Positions 39,121 through 48,645 of a stretch of DNA of 64,000 nucleotides are shown piece by piece; the stretch's first letter is position 1; the number at the start of each line of letters is the position of its first letter. Source of the stretch: an uncultured Pseudomonadota bacterium (GTDB lineage: Bacteria > Oederibacteriota > Muellerivitia > Muellerivitales > Muellerivitaceae). The stretch lies in assembly GCA_963843375.1 (NCBI GenBank), contig CAWJKT010000009.1, positions 64,001 to 128,000 of the forward strand, read 5' to 3'. Position numbers and translations under genes: made by a program. Under the pieces are notes generated by a model. It did not search any database and was not told the DNA's origin. It saw only the letters and a program-made list of their open reading frames with translations.

Positions 39121-39403
39121 GGAAATCCGCCAGGCCCTTACCTGGGTCATTGACCCCGAAATCGGTCTCAACATTGTCGATTTAGGCCTCGTCTACAACA
39201 TCGAGATTGAGGAAAAAAAAGCCGTTATTACCATGACGCTGACTACCCAAGGCTGTCCCATGCACGACAGCATGAAGGTGGCCGTAGAGAACGTGGTCAA
39301 ACGCCTGGAACCGGACAAGGAAGCGGAAATCCGGGTGGTATGGGACCCGCCTTGGACACCGGAAATGATGACTCCGGGTGCCAGGAACTACTTGGGTGTG
39401 TAG
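39107..39403 (+). CDS. DUF59 metal-sulfur cluster assembly factor (SufT-like)
   Basis: VIDPEIGLNIVDLGLVY, MTLTTQGCP, VWDPPWTPEMM. Confidence 0.92.
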   Translation: MATAEEIRQALTWVIDPEIGLNIVDLGLVYNIEIEEKKAVITMTLTTQGCPMHDSMKVAVENVVKRLEPDKEAEIRVVWDPPWTPEMMTPGARNYLGV

Positions 39404-39449
39404 GGCTCCGCAATGGGGTGAATATCTCTTAGGAATGAGGAAAGTTTTC

Positions 39450-40895
39450 ATGAATGAACCGATGATTATTCAAGGAGGCATGGGGATCGCTGTTTCCAAT
39501 TGGAAACTGGCTAGGGCCGTAGCCCTATTAGGCCAATTGGGAGTTGTCTCCGGGACGGCATTAGAAAATGTCATGGCCCGCCGGCTTCAATTGGGGGACC
39601 CGGATGGTGCCATGCGCTGGGCCTTAGAACGTTTTCCAGGTAAAGGCATCGCCCAAAGGATACTAAAGCGATATTTTATCGATGGCGGCAAAGCAGATGG
39701 GGTTCCCTTTAAAAACGCCCCCATGTTCTCCCTCAATCCGCCCCAGGAACTCCTGGAGCTGACCGTCGCGGCTAATTTCGCGGAGGTTTTTTTGGCTAAG
39801 GAAAACCACAAGGGGTTGGTGGGCATCAATTATCTTGAAAAAGTTCAGTTTCCCACCCTGCCATCCCTCTTCGGGGCGCTCCTGGCAGGCGTGGATTATG
39901 TCCTCATGGGCGCCGGAATCCCAAGGGCGATCCCGGCCATATTGGACAAACTGGTTTCACACCAGGAAGTAAAGTTGAAAATCAACGTGCATGGAGCCGC
40001 GTCCGGGGACGATTTTCACGCAACCTTTAATCCAAAGGACATAATAGTTTCCCCTCCGGTTAAATTAAAACGCCCCAAATTCATCGCCATTGTATCCTCC
40101 GAGGTGTTAGCGATGACCCTGGCCAAAAAATCCACGGGACGAGTGGACGGGTTCGTCATCGAGGACCCCACGGCGGGTGGGCATAACGCCCCACCAAGGG
40201 GATTGCTTCAGCTGAACGACAAGGGCGAACCCATTTACGGTTCTAAAGACAAAGTGGATCTGGCGACATTCCGCAAGCTGGGATTGCCTTACTGGCTGGC
40301 CGGTTCTTGCGCGGACCCGAAAAAATTAAAAGAGGCGCTGACCCAAGGCGCGGCGGGCATCCAGGTGGGAACGGTTTTCGCCTATTGCGAGGAATCCGGA
40401 TTGGATGAAAGCATTAAGAGAAAGGTATTTGAAAAAGCCTTAAGGGGGAAGGCGGAAGTTTTTACCGATCCCGTGGCATCACCTACGGGTTTTCCTTTCA
40501 AAGTTGTCCGACTGGAAGGCACCTTGTCCGAGGTGGAGGAGTATGCGGCCCGGCCCCGGATTTGCGACTTAGGTTACTTGCGTATAGCTTATAAAAGAAA
40601 AGACGGTTCGGTTGGTTACCGCTGTCCAGGGGAACCGGTGGAGAGCTACCTGCAAAAAGAAGGAAAAAAAGAGGACACAAAAGGAAAAAAATGCGTTTGC
40701 AACGGACTTTTTGCGGGAATTGGATTGGCACAGGAACAAAAGGACGGGTATAAGGAAAAACCACTGGTGACCTCGGGGGACGATTTGTCGCGTATTACGG
40801 CATTCTTAAAAGGGAAGAAGCTTTCCTACAGCGCGGCAGATGTGATTGAGTATCTTTTGAATTCTTCAGAATTTTCGTTGCCTCACGTTGTTTAA
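39450..40895 (+). CDS. Nitronate monooxygenase-family flavoprotein
   Basis: IIQGGMG, LMGAGIP, E.P.AGGHNAPPRG, GIQVGT, SPTGFPFKV. Confidence 0.82.
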   Translation: MNEPMIIQGGMGIAVSNWKLARAVALLGQLGVVSGTALENVMARRLQLGDPDGAMRWALERFPGKGIAQRILKRYFIDGGKADGVPFKNAPMFSLNPPQELLELTVAANFAEVFLAKENHKGLVGINYLEKVQFPTLPSLFGALLAGVDYVLMGAGIPRAIPAILDKLVSHQEVKLKINVHGAASGDDFHATFNPKDIIVSPPVKLKRPKFIAIVSSEVLAMTLAKKSTGRVDGFVIEDPTAGGHNAPPRGLLQLNDKGEPIYGSKDKVDLATFRKLGLPYWLAGSCADPKKLKEALTQGAAGIQVGTVFAYCEESGLDESIKRKVFEKALRGKAEVFTDPVASPTGFPFKVVRLEGTLSEVEEYAARPRICDLGYLRIAYKRKDGSVGYRCPGEPVESYLQKEGKKEDTKGKKCVCNGLFAGIGLAQEQKDGYKEKPLVTSGDDLSRITAFLKGKKLSYSAADVIEYLLNSSEFSLPHVV

Positions 40896-41023
40896 GCTGA
40901 ATCGGGAAAGCGAATTGTGCGGTGATCACTGTTTCTTGGGCCGGTTGCTGTCCCTTACGCACCGCCAACTCGGTATTGCGTATGAAGATTTATCTAAAAA
41001 AACTAATGAAAGCGGGGTGCAAG

Positions 41024-41467
41024 ATGAAACGCGAGAAATTTCTTTGGCCATTGAGCCAATCCCATCACGACGCATTGTTATTGACAAGGAAAATAAGGGA
41101 AAGCTTTTCTGGTCCGAAACATGATGATAAAAATAAATTCTTTCAAGAACTTTCAGTTGAAGCAAACAAGTTTTTCAAGGATGAGCTAATTCAACACTTT
41201 TGGGATGAAGAAAGAATATTAGGTCTTTTTGAGTTGAGGATGGGAAACGGCGATCCTGACGTTGAAAAGATTAGAAAAGACCACCGCTTTCTGGAGTCGC
41301 TCCTGTCTCATAACACCCAAGAAAGCCTTCTTGATTTCGCTGAAACGCTTACTTCCCATGTCCGTTTCGAGGAGGATTTATTTTTCGGACGGATCGAGAA
41401 AGTCTTTAATGAGTTGGATAAGAAACTCGCGGGGGAAATTCTCAAACACCAGCCCACTTTATCGTGA
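41024..41467 (+). CDS. Hemerythrin-like protein, paralogue 1
   Basis: MKREKFLWPLSQSHH, HFWDEE, DH, HVRFEE. Confidence 0.8.
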   Translation: MKREKFLWPLSQSHHDALLLTRKIRESFSGPKHDDKNKFFQELSVEANKFFKDELIQHFWDEERILGLFELRMGNGDPDVEKIRKDHRFLESLLSHNTQESLLDFAETLTSHVRFEEDLFFGRIEKVFNELDKKLAGEILKHQPTLS

Positions 41468-41508
41468 TCTGGACCTGGTTTCTGGACAGGTAGTGTCATA
41501 AAGAGGCG

Positions 41509-42600
41509 TTAATTTTCACCAGAAAAAACCTTCTTGTGAAGGTATTTTCCCTTGAGTATTGCCAGGATTGTATTGATGAAAAAGATTAAAAGGGCTAATG
41601 CGTTGAGAAGCGCGCCCCAGCGGCGCAGGGGGACCGACTCCAGCATATCTCCGCCTACCCTGGTTATCAGGGAGGCTTGTAACAAAACCCAGTGCGCGTA
41701 AAAAAACGGATGAAAAGGCACGGGGGTTTTCAGAACGCGCGGCAACAGAAGAGGAGCGTGGCTGAATACCATGAAAAAAACAAAACCCAAAAATAGCGCG
41801 TGAAGAAAGGCGTCGTAAGCGAAACCCGAATCAGTCGGCGCGGCCCACAAGCCCACGAGAGAACAAACGATTAGCCAGAGGTAGGCTGACAGCAGGCAAA
41901 ACTTTGCATAAATTTTCCATTCGCCTAATTTTTGATTTTTCCAGCCGTTATCAAAAATCAACAGAAGCAACGCCAACGACAAGTAACCTAAGGACGCCGT
42001 TCGAATGCCGACAGCCGGATAAAAGGGCTGCCATACCGCGCCAAGAACCAGCGAACCGACTGCCAGGGTGAGGATCAGGGACTGAGCGGAGGACGGTTTC
42101 CAATGAACAGCCTCCAGTCTTTCTGAGGCGATGGTCAGTACAAACAACAGCTGCCAACCGGTCATCACATGGGGAATGGATTCTCCCCGCCACCAAAAGT
42201 AGTTGGCCCACGCCCATCCGCACCCGCCCGCAAGCGCCAAAGCGGCGATGTAAAAGGGTTGTTTTTTGAAAAAACCGATAGAGACAATCAAATAACCCGA
42301 GCTAGCCAGCAAAAATAAAAGCGCGCCCCATTTTTCAGGTCCGCCTAAAAGAAGCGTCCAGGCGCCCAGCGCAGTTGCCAGGGGCACCATCAGGCCGGCT
42401 TTGGATTTGAGACCATTGGCGCGGGCTAGCCCGATGATCGTTCCGAAAAAACCGTTCACCATCAGGGGACCGTGAAAGGAAATCCAGTTGGCCTCGGGGA
42501 TCGGCAGGGCCCATTGCAGCCGCAATAATCCGCCCCACACGGCGAAAAGAAGGGTCAATAAGGCAGACAGAGCCAAAGGAATCCGTTTGAGAAAGGTCAT
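41509..42600 (-). CDS. NnrS-like membrane protein
   Basis: HGPLMVNGFFGTII, LTIASERLE, YDAFLHALFLGFVFFMVFSHAP. Confidence 0.62.
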   Translation of the reverse strand: MTFLKRIPLALSALLTLLFAVWGGLLRLQWALPIPEANWISFHGPLMVNGFFGTIIGLARANGLKSKAGLMVPLATALGAWTLLLGGPEKWGALLFLLASSGYLIVSIGFFKKQPFYIAALALAGGCGWAWANYFWWRGESIPHVMTGWQLLFVLTIASERLEAVHWKPSSAQSLILTLAVGSLVLGAVWQPFYPAVGIRTASLGYLSLALLLLIFDNGWKNQKLGEWKIYAKFCLLSAYLWLIVCSLVGLWAAPTDSGFAYDAFLHALFLGFVFFMVFSHAPLLLPRVLKTPVPFHPFFYAHWVLLQASLITRVGGDMLESVPLRRWGALLNALALLIFFINTILAILKGKYLHKKVFSGEN

Positions 42601-42651
42601 TGGGGGCAACTCCGGACAAGATGTGGATTGACTAGACTAAAACGACGATCT

Positions 42652-42685
42652 AAAAAAAATAGCCGAGTCTTTAAAAACCCGGCTA
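42652..42685 (-). terminator. Intrinsic terminator after 42717-43493
   Basis: TAGCCGGGT/ACTCGGCTA hairpin plus T8 on minus strand. Confidence 0.75.
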
Positions 42686-42716
42686 ACGGATGTCAGTCAA
42701 CACACTTAAACTAACT

Positions 42717-43493
42717 TTATTTGGCGCTAAAGGTAAAGTTGACCGTCTGGGTTTCCCCGTCCTTGATAGTGACGGTCTGGTCGGAAGTGCCGTATTTTTC
42801 ATGCCACGCTTCCAACGTATAGGTTCCTGCGGGAAGCTCGCTGATCTTAAATGTCCCGTCGGTTCCGGTGACGTTGTAAAAAGGGTTGCTCACCACGCCG
42901 ACATAACAATGCATCCAGCCGTGGACATCGCATTTTACAGGGACCATAATTTCAGGTTTTGAGAAAACTTTTTCGGATACCATGTCCTGAACGGGCTGCC
43001 CCAAGTTGAAAGCATCATTAATCGCAGCCATGAAATGCACGTTGTGCATGGTTGCGTCGGAGTTGAGGATTTCAAATTTTTGCCCCGCCTGAACACCAAT
43101 CACGTGGGGATTGTACATACAGCCTTTTTGCTGAAGTGTAACCGGCGTGCCCGGGACGGGATAATTTCCGGCGCCGCTTTTTACGTAAATGAACACGTTT
43201 TGCAGGGTGCCGTCCGGATTTTGAAGGACAGTCTGGTCCGTGACGCTGGTGGAGTGCTGGGCTTTACATATCGGATCAGCCGACATGTCAATTTTAGCCG
43301 AGGCAGGGGCTTTGCCGTTCAAGATGACTTTGCCCGATAAGACCGCCGTTCCTTTTACCGCCGAGGAGGCGGCGGATCCAGCGGATTTATTGATCGCCGC
43401 GGCTAAATCATCGTCATCGCTTTTTTGGCCGCATCCCGCCGCCAGAAAAGCTCCGGCGAGAATGATTCCTAAGTATTTCCATGAATTTTTCAT
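42717..43493 (-). CDS. Lipoprotein with cupredoxin-like and carboxypeptidase-regulatory-like domains
   Basis: Lipobox LAAGC; QKGCMYNPHV, HNVH, CDVHGWM, LPAGTYTLEAWHE. Confidence 0.8.
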   Translation of the reverse strand: MKNSWKYLGIILAGAFLAAGCGQKSDDDDLAAAINKSAGSAASSAVKGTAVLSGKVILNGKAPASAKIDMSADPICKAQHSTSVTDQTVLQNPDGTLQNVFIYVKSGAGNYPVPGTPVTLQQKGCMYNPHVIGVQAGQKFEILNSDATMHNVHFMAAINDAFNLGQPVQDMVSEKVFSKPEIMVPVKCDVHGWMHCYVGVVSNPFYNVTGTDGTFKISELPAGTYTLEAWHEKYGTSDQTVTIKDGETQTVNFTFSAK

Positions 43494-43590
43494 TTTTTTC
43501 TCCTTGTGAAAGATAAATTTAAGATGATAAAAGGGCCTTTTTTAAGAGGCTTGTTTAAACGATTTAGGTGCCTGTTATCCTCCTTCGATC

Positions 43591-44637
43591 TTAGAAAGTT
43601 TCTTCAACTTGCAATGTTTCGCTAGTGGTATTCAGGATGTCGCTTGTGCCAATAAACGACAGGTCAAAGGACACGCGGGTTTTATCCCCGGACCAAAAAT
43701 TGACTCCCGCACCCAGGCTATTGGCGATTCCCGGAACGCCTAAATTGTTGACCACTCCCGAATTGGCGTTATTCATGGTCTCAAACCAAACCAGCGGCTC
43801 AAACCAGGAAATCGGTTTGATGGATAACTGGGCGTCGAAACCGCTGGCGTTGTTCGGGGCCAAGATCATTTCCGTCCTGAAATCCAAGGATTCGATCATC
43901 AACCGGCCATAAGCGTCAAACCAGTCTTGTAACGAGGTGAAAGTGTAAGCGGCGGTTTGCCCGCCTTTGCCGTAGTAATTCGAAATACCCAAAATGAAAT
44001 GGGTGTCTTTCCATTCGGCCCTGGCGGTGAAGTCAATCGTGTTATTGGGATCGGCCGTCACATTGGGACCATCGCCCTGAATCGCGTCTACCTGAACAGT
44101 CAAAGCGTCGATTTGTTCTTTCACTTCCAGGCCTAAATCCCAGGCTTTGGCCGTGGCGTTTCCGGGAATCAAGGCGTCCGTTATGTTGTACGTCGTGCGC
44201 TTTAACTGCTGGGGCAGCAGGTATCGGTTATCGCCGAAAGCATATTTGAATTGTCCGGCCATAACCGACAATCCGTTGATATAGCCGAATTTATGGACAC
44301 CGTAAGCATCCAATAGAGTGAAAGTCCCGATCGCGTAATCCGGCATGATCGCCAAGCTGTTTTCCGAATCCAACACGATAACGCCTCTCACTCGGACATG
44401 CGCCAGGGACAAGGCCTCCGCGTTCCCGTTGTTTGTCCAGTTATCCTGTGCTTGGATCACGCCACTCCAAACTACTGCGGGTTGCGTGGGATTCAGAGTA
44501 GGTGTTGCGGTTTCTGTCGCCTGCGCGTTGTCCGAATCATCGGCCGCGTTGGCCTGCATAAAATGAGCCATACCTAACAGCATTATTCCCGCGATCATCG
44601 ATTTTAGAATCCATTTTTCCTTATTTGAAATATTCAT
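43591..44637 (-). CDS. Putative outer-membrane porin/beta-barrel
   Basis: Signal peptide, LLDAY, AGQFK, amphipathic strands, terminal Phe. Confidence 0.6.
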   Translation of the reverse strand: MNISNKEKWILKSMIAGIMLLGMAHFMQANAADDSDNAQATETATPTLNPTQPAVVWSGVIQAQDNWTNNGNAEALSLAHVRVRGVIVLDSENSLAIMPDYAIGTFTLLDAYGVHKFGYINGLSVMAGQFKYAFGDNRYLLPQQLKRTTYNITDALIPGNATAKAWDLGLEVKEQIDALTVQVDAIQGDGPNVTADPNNTIDFTARAEWKDTHFILGISNYYGKGGQTAAYTFTSLQDWFDAYGRLMIESLDFRTEMILAPNNASGFDAQLSIKPISWFEPLVWFETMNNANSGVVNNLGVPGIANSLGAGVNFWSGDKTRVSFDLSFIGTSDILNTTSETLQVEETF

Positions 44638-44677
44638 ACGATAAATTTCCTTGCGTTTTAATTTCGTAGCTAAACTT

Positions 44678-44707
44678 AAAAATAAAAGCGGGCTCTTTCG
44701 AGCCCGC
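44678..44707 (-). terminator. Intrinsic terminator after nirK
   Basis: GCGGGCTC-GAAA-GAGCCCGC plus TTTTATTTTT. Confidence 0.75.
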
Positions 44708-44717
44708 CGGTTCAAAA

Positions 44718-45773
44718 TCAGGGATGGATTTTGCATCCCGCGCAAGCTTTGGCGTTCGGATCGGCGAAGAAAATGTCGTCCCGGGGTTTGCCGGTGACTT
44801 GCAGGAATCCCACCGCGCCTTTCTCGATGCGGAAAATGGCGTGGTCCACAATGGTGAAGGTTCCTGGCACTGGCAGCTTGATTTCAACGGCAACCGCGCC
44901 TCCGCAGGGTACGGTCGTGGTTTGGATGCCTTCCTCGGGCGGGCTCGACATACCGCCTTCGCGGTAAACCTTGTCGAAGATGGTGCCTATCACATGGAAC
45001 GAGCAGATTTTATTGGGGCCGATGTCGCCGAAATAAATCCTGACCGTTTCTCCGGTTTTGGCTTTAAGCGCCCCATCTCCAATCAGGGAGCCGGTTCTGC
45101 CGTTGAACATCACGTAAGTCGGATTTTCCGCCAGACCCAGAGCGTGTGAATATTCCAAAAGGTTTGGATTCTTTTTGGATTGAACGGCGTAAAGCTCGCT
45201 CTGCATGACGTAGTATTCGTGATCCACTTTGGGGAGACCGCCTTTGGGCTCGACCAGGATAAGGCCATACATGCCGTTGGCGATGTGATCCATCACCGGC
45301 GGGGCCGCGCAATGGTAAACATAAATGCCGGGGTAAAGCAGTTTGAACCGCGACATGGGATGATCGCCCGGCATAACGGTTGTGCAGGTGGCGCCTCCCC
45401 CGGGACCGCTGACGCAATGCATATCGATGTTGTGCGGTTTACCGCTGGGGTCCGAATTGGTCATATGAATTTCAAGATAGTCGCCCACACGGGCGCGGAC
45501 AAAAGGTCCGGGAACATGGCCGTTGAAGGTCCAAAACTCGTATTTTTTGTCCCCGTCCACCGGAAGAACCACTCGTTCAGCAGTCAGGCAAACTTTGACG
45601 GTGGCTGGCAGTATCCGATTTATAGGAGGGGGAACTTCAGGGGCATAGGTCTCAATCGCGTCCTCTTGCAAAAGAGTTGTCTGTTGATTGCCGCAACCTG
45701 CGAATGAGAAAACAAGGAGTAATGACAAACAACCTAAAAGAACCGGATTCCGTGCGAAGATCAACTTTTTCAT
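44718..45773 (-). CDS. nirK: Copper-containing nitrite reductase, lipoprotein type
   Basis: Lipobox FAGC; WTFNG.VPGP, HNIDMH, YHCAAPPVMDHIANGM, SFHVIG, VDH. Confidence 0.93.
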   Translation of the reverse strand: MKKLIFARNPVLLGCLSLLLVFSFAGCGNQQTTLLQEDAIETYAPEVPPPINRILPATVKVCLTAERVVLPVDGDKKYEFWTFNGHVPGPFVRARVGDYLEIHMTNSDPSGKPHNIDMHCVSGPGGGATCTTVMPGDHPMSRFKLLYPGIYVYHCAAPPVMDHIANGMYGLILVEPKGGLPKVDHEYYVMQSELYAVQSKKNPNLLEYSHALGLAENPTYVMFNGRTGSLIGDGALKAKTGETVRIYFGDIGPNKICSFHVIGTIFDKVYREGGMSSPPEEGIQTTTVPCGGAVAVEIKLPVPGTFTIVDHAIFRIEKGAVGFLQVTGKPRDDIFFADPNAKACAGCKIHP

Positions 45774-45805
45774 GATGGAGTTCCTTTCCAATCGACCTTG
45801 ATTAT

Positions 45806-45821
45806 AGCAAGTGCGGTGCCA
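45806..45821 (-). promoter_or_regulatory. sigma54 promoter for nirK
   Basis: TGGCACCGCACTTGCT, consensus match ~32 nt upstream of ATG 45773. Confidence 0.8.
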
Positions 45822-46047
45822 AAGGTGATTGGCTGAAAAAACAGGCGTTTTCGTGAAATGAAAGGGGACGAATGAAAGATTTAAGGAGTACCTGCTATGG
45901 CACCCGCGCCATAGGTGGAGGGCGGAATGTTTTAAACTCCTTCGACCTAGTTTGATTGAGACGGATGCCCGTGATTTATCGTGCTTCATAACAGCCTCCT
46001 TTTTGATCCTGCGATCATTAGGATGCGCTGTTGAAAAGTTAAAGGCT

Positions 46048-46061
46048 GTGACTTATGTCAC
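46048..46061. promoter_or_regulatory. Crp/Fnr-type site upstream of nirK
   Basis: GTGACTTATGTCAC (TGTGA-N6-TCAC). Confidence 0.7.
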
Positions 46062-46161
46062 GAATTGAACAAAATGACGAATTATCCGAGGATGTTTTTA
46101 CGATTATTGATTTGAGGATGGGCTTGGTGATCCGATCAAGCCGCCGAGCATTTTAAAACGT

Positions 46162-46842
46162 CTACTTTCCCGTGTAATCCGCGAGACCCTGGGCATCCAA
46201 TAGGGACACCTCGTGTTTACCATCGGTTGATATCAACCCCGCCTGTTCCAGTTTGGCGAAAGAGCGGGAAACCACTTCGCGGACCGACCCCAATCGGGAA
46301 GCGAGAATCACGTACGAGGGAACGGTTATCTTTTTGGTTTTTTTCTCTTTAAATTCAGCGATGAGAAACGCGGCCAATCGTTGATCCACTTCTCGCAGGG
46401 AAAGAGACTCGACCAGAGCGGCGGTTTTGCGCAGGCGTTCAGCCAAAAGCTTTAAGGCGGACAGGGCGATGGCAGGGTATTTCAAGCAGAGTTTTTTAAT
46501 ATCCGTTTTCGAAATGAAAAGCACTTCGCTGGTTTCTTCGGCCATCGCAGTGGAAGGATAGGGTTTGTCGTCAAAAACCGGGACTTCCGCGATGGTGGTT
46601 CCCATCTTTTCCACGTGAATAATTTGTTCCCGTCCCTCTTCATTGGCGCGAAAAGCCCGCAACGAACCGCTGGCGATCACGTAAAGGCCGCGAGACTCCT
46701 CACCGGCGGTAAAAAGAATTTCTCCTTTTTTCAACCTGTGTTCAACGCAGGTTTCGGCCACGCTATTTAATTCTTTGTCGGTTAAACGTCCGAACATTTC
46801 GGTTTTTTTCAGAGCCTCAATTTTTTTCATGACGGCCATCAT
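46162..46842 (-). CDS. Crp/Fnr-family regulator (HcpR/DNR-like; start uncertain)
   Basis: cNMP-binding-like domain (GREQII, AEVPVFD, YP.TA.A); HTH LGSVREVVSR; no FNR Cys cluster. Confidence 0.9.
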   Translation of the reverse strand: MMAVMKKIEALKKTEMFGRLTDKELNSVAETCVEHRLKKGEILFTAGEESRGLYVIASGSLRAFRANEEGREQIIHVEKMGTTIAEVPVFDDKPYPSTAMAEETSEVLFISKTDIKKLCLKYPAIALSALKLLAERLRKTAALVESLSLREVDQRLAAFLIAEFKEKKTKKITVPSYVILASRLGSVREVVSRSFAKLEQAGLISTDGKHEVSLLDAQGLADYTGK

Positions 46843-46879
46843 ATCTTTCGTGGCTGGATACTTCAAGATAACCAACTGT

Positions 46880-46921
46880 GTGATTTAAGTCACGGCGAAG
46901 CGAAACCGCTTACGGTAAGTT
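46880..46921 (+). promoter_or_regulatory. Crp/Fnr-type site with class II promoter for ric
   Basis: GTGATTTAAGTCAC; TAAGTT at the same distance as at 36871. Confidence 0.75.
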
Positions 46922-46954
46922 GGATTCGTCAGAGAAACACAAAAGGGGGCGGTT

Positions 46955-47711
46955 ATGCAAACTATAGAAAAGAAAGAAAACATCAAAATCGAAGCTACTC
47001 AATGGGTGGGGAAAATTGCTGTCTGCGATGCCAAGTTCCATACAATTGTTTGAGAAGTTAAAAATTGATTATTGCTGTGGCGGGAACCGCGCCCTTCAGG
47101 AAGCTTGTCAACTGGCCGGTGTGTCTTTGTCGGAAACCCTTTCGGCATTGAAAAAGTTGCAAACCGAAAACAGGACCATGGACACGACCGATTGGCCAAA
47201 CAAAACTATGACCGAACTGATCAACCACATTCTGGACAAACATCACGCTTATACCCGGGAGCAATTGGCCCGGTTAAAGAAATTGTCGGCCAAAGTGAAA
47301 GCCGTCCACGGCGCTCATCAGCCCGAATTAGACCGGGTGGATAAAATTGTCCAACTCATGGCCGAAGAGATGGATGGCCATATGGGCAAGGAAGAAGAAC
47401 AGGTATTTCCTTATCTCAAGGCGGTGGAGACGGCTGGCGGCAAAAAAGACGGCATTGCCGATCCTTTTTTGCGCGAGTCAGAGGATACCCATCCCCTGCG
47501 GATTCTCATGTGGGAACACGGCATGACCGGCGAGGAGTTTGTGGAATTGAATCAGCTGACGAATAACTTTGAGCCTCCCGAGGACGCCTGCAATTCTTAT
47601 CGGGGGCTTTATCACGGCTTAAAAGAACTGGAACAGGATTTACACCAGCACGTTCATTTGGAGAACAACATCCTTTTTTCCAAGGCCGAAGCGGCAGGAA
47701 TTTTAGATTAG
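46955..47711 (+). pseudogene. ric: Iron-sulfur cluster repair di-iron protein (Ric/YtfE/ScdA); frameshift at GGGGAAAA ~47008-47015, possibly a sequencing error
   Basis: IDYCCGG, HH.Y.R, VHG, HM.KEE..FP, EH, P.DAC, H.HLENNILF; RBS and ATG at 46955 are out of frame by one base. Confidence 0.85.
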
Positions 47712-47804
47712 TTTTAAAAGCCTGTGACACCGCGCATCTTTTTTCCATCCAACGCGCGGCGCGCAATCACTAAAGCGATGGATTAATTGAAAGAGGAGGA
47801 ATCT

Positions 47805-48263
47805 ATGAAAAGGGAAAAATTCTTGTGGCCCATAACCCATGCCCACCATTTCGGGCTGATGACCGCCAAAACAATTCAACGGTTGCTAAACCAAAAACCA
47901 TCCAAGAAGGAACTGGAAGATTTGAGGCGCAAGGCCGAAAAATTCTTCAAGTCGGACTTGGAAGCCCACATCGGCGTGGAAGAAAAAATGTTGGACCAAC
48001 TGGCTTACCACAAAGGCACAAATGATCCGTTGCTGGTCCGATCCAGGCAGGAACACAAGGAGTTGCACCAACTTCTGAAAACGAAGGATTTAAAATCCCT
48101 GAAATTATTTGCTGAAAAGCTCATCCAGCATATTTATTTCGAGGAAGATAAATTATTTCCCGAAATCGAGGACCAGTTCACACAGGAGGAAAAAGAGTGG
48201 GTGGAGACTGAAATTCAATTCAACATCCACGATTGGCCCAAAATACCCGCGTTTAAAAATTGA
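47805..48263 (+). CDS. Hemerythrin-like protein, paralogue 2
   Basis: MKREKFLWPITHAHH, HIGVEE, EH, HIYFEE..LFP. Confidence 0.82.
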   Translation: MKREKFLWPITHAHHFGLMTAKTIQRLLNQKPSKKELEDLRRKAEKFFKSDLEAHIGVEEKMLDQLAYHKGTNDPLLVRSRQEHKELHQLLKTKDLKSLKLFAEKLIQHIYFEEDKLFPEIEDQFTQEEKEWVETEIQFNIHDWPKIPAFKN

Positions 48264-48272
48264 GGAAGCTTT

Positions 48273-48620
48273 ATGCAACCAGAAATCCCATCCAAACATA
48301 AAGGCCTTTCCGGTGCCGAAGTCGTGAAGGCCGCTGAGCTAGTGAATTACCAGGACGGCTCTATTGTCAGCCGGGAAATTGTCAAGAAGTCGACCGGAAA
48401 CGTGACTCTGTTTGCTTTTGATGAAGGGCAGGGCTTGAGTGAGCATACAGCCCCGTTCGACGCGCTCGTGCAGGCGATCGAAGGCGAGGCGGAAATCAGC
48501 ATCGCTGGCAAGCTCTATCACCTGCATTCCGGCGAGATGATCCTGATGCCCGCGCAAAAACCGCACGCACTTAAGGCGTTGAAGCGTTTCAAGATGATCC
48601 TCACGATGATCCGATCTTAA
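48273..48620 (+). CDS. Cupin-domain protein
   Basis: TLFAFDEGQGLSEHTAPFDA, MPA..PHAL.A. Confidence 0.88.
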   Translation: MQPEIPSKHKGLSGAEVVKAAELVNYQDGSIVSREIVKKSTGNVTLFAFDEGQGLSEHTAPFDALVQAIEGEAEISIAGKLYHLHSGEMILMPAQKPHALKALKRFKMILTMIRS

Positions 48621-48645
48621 GCCTTAACCAAGGGAGGTAAAGACC

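Noticed and set aside
44721..44745. NirK C-terminal heme-c binding site
   Set aside because: The sequence is CxxCK, not CxxCH, and no cytochrome domain follows.
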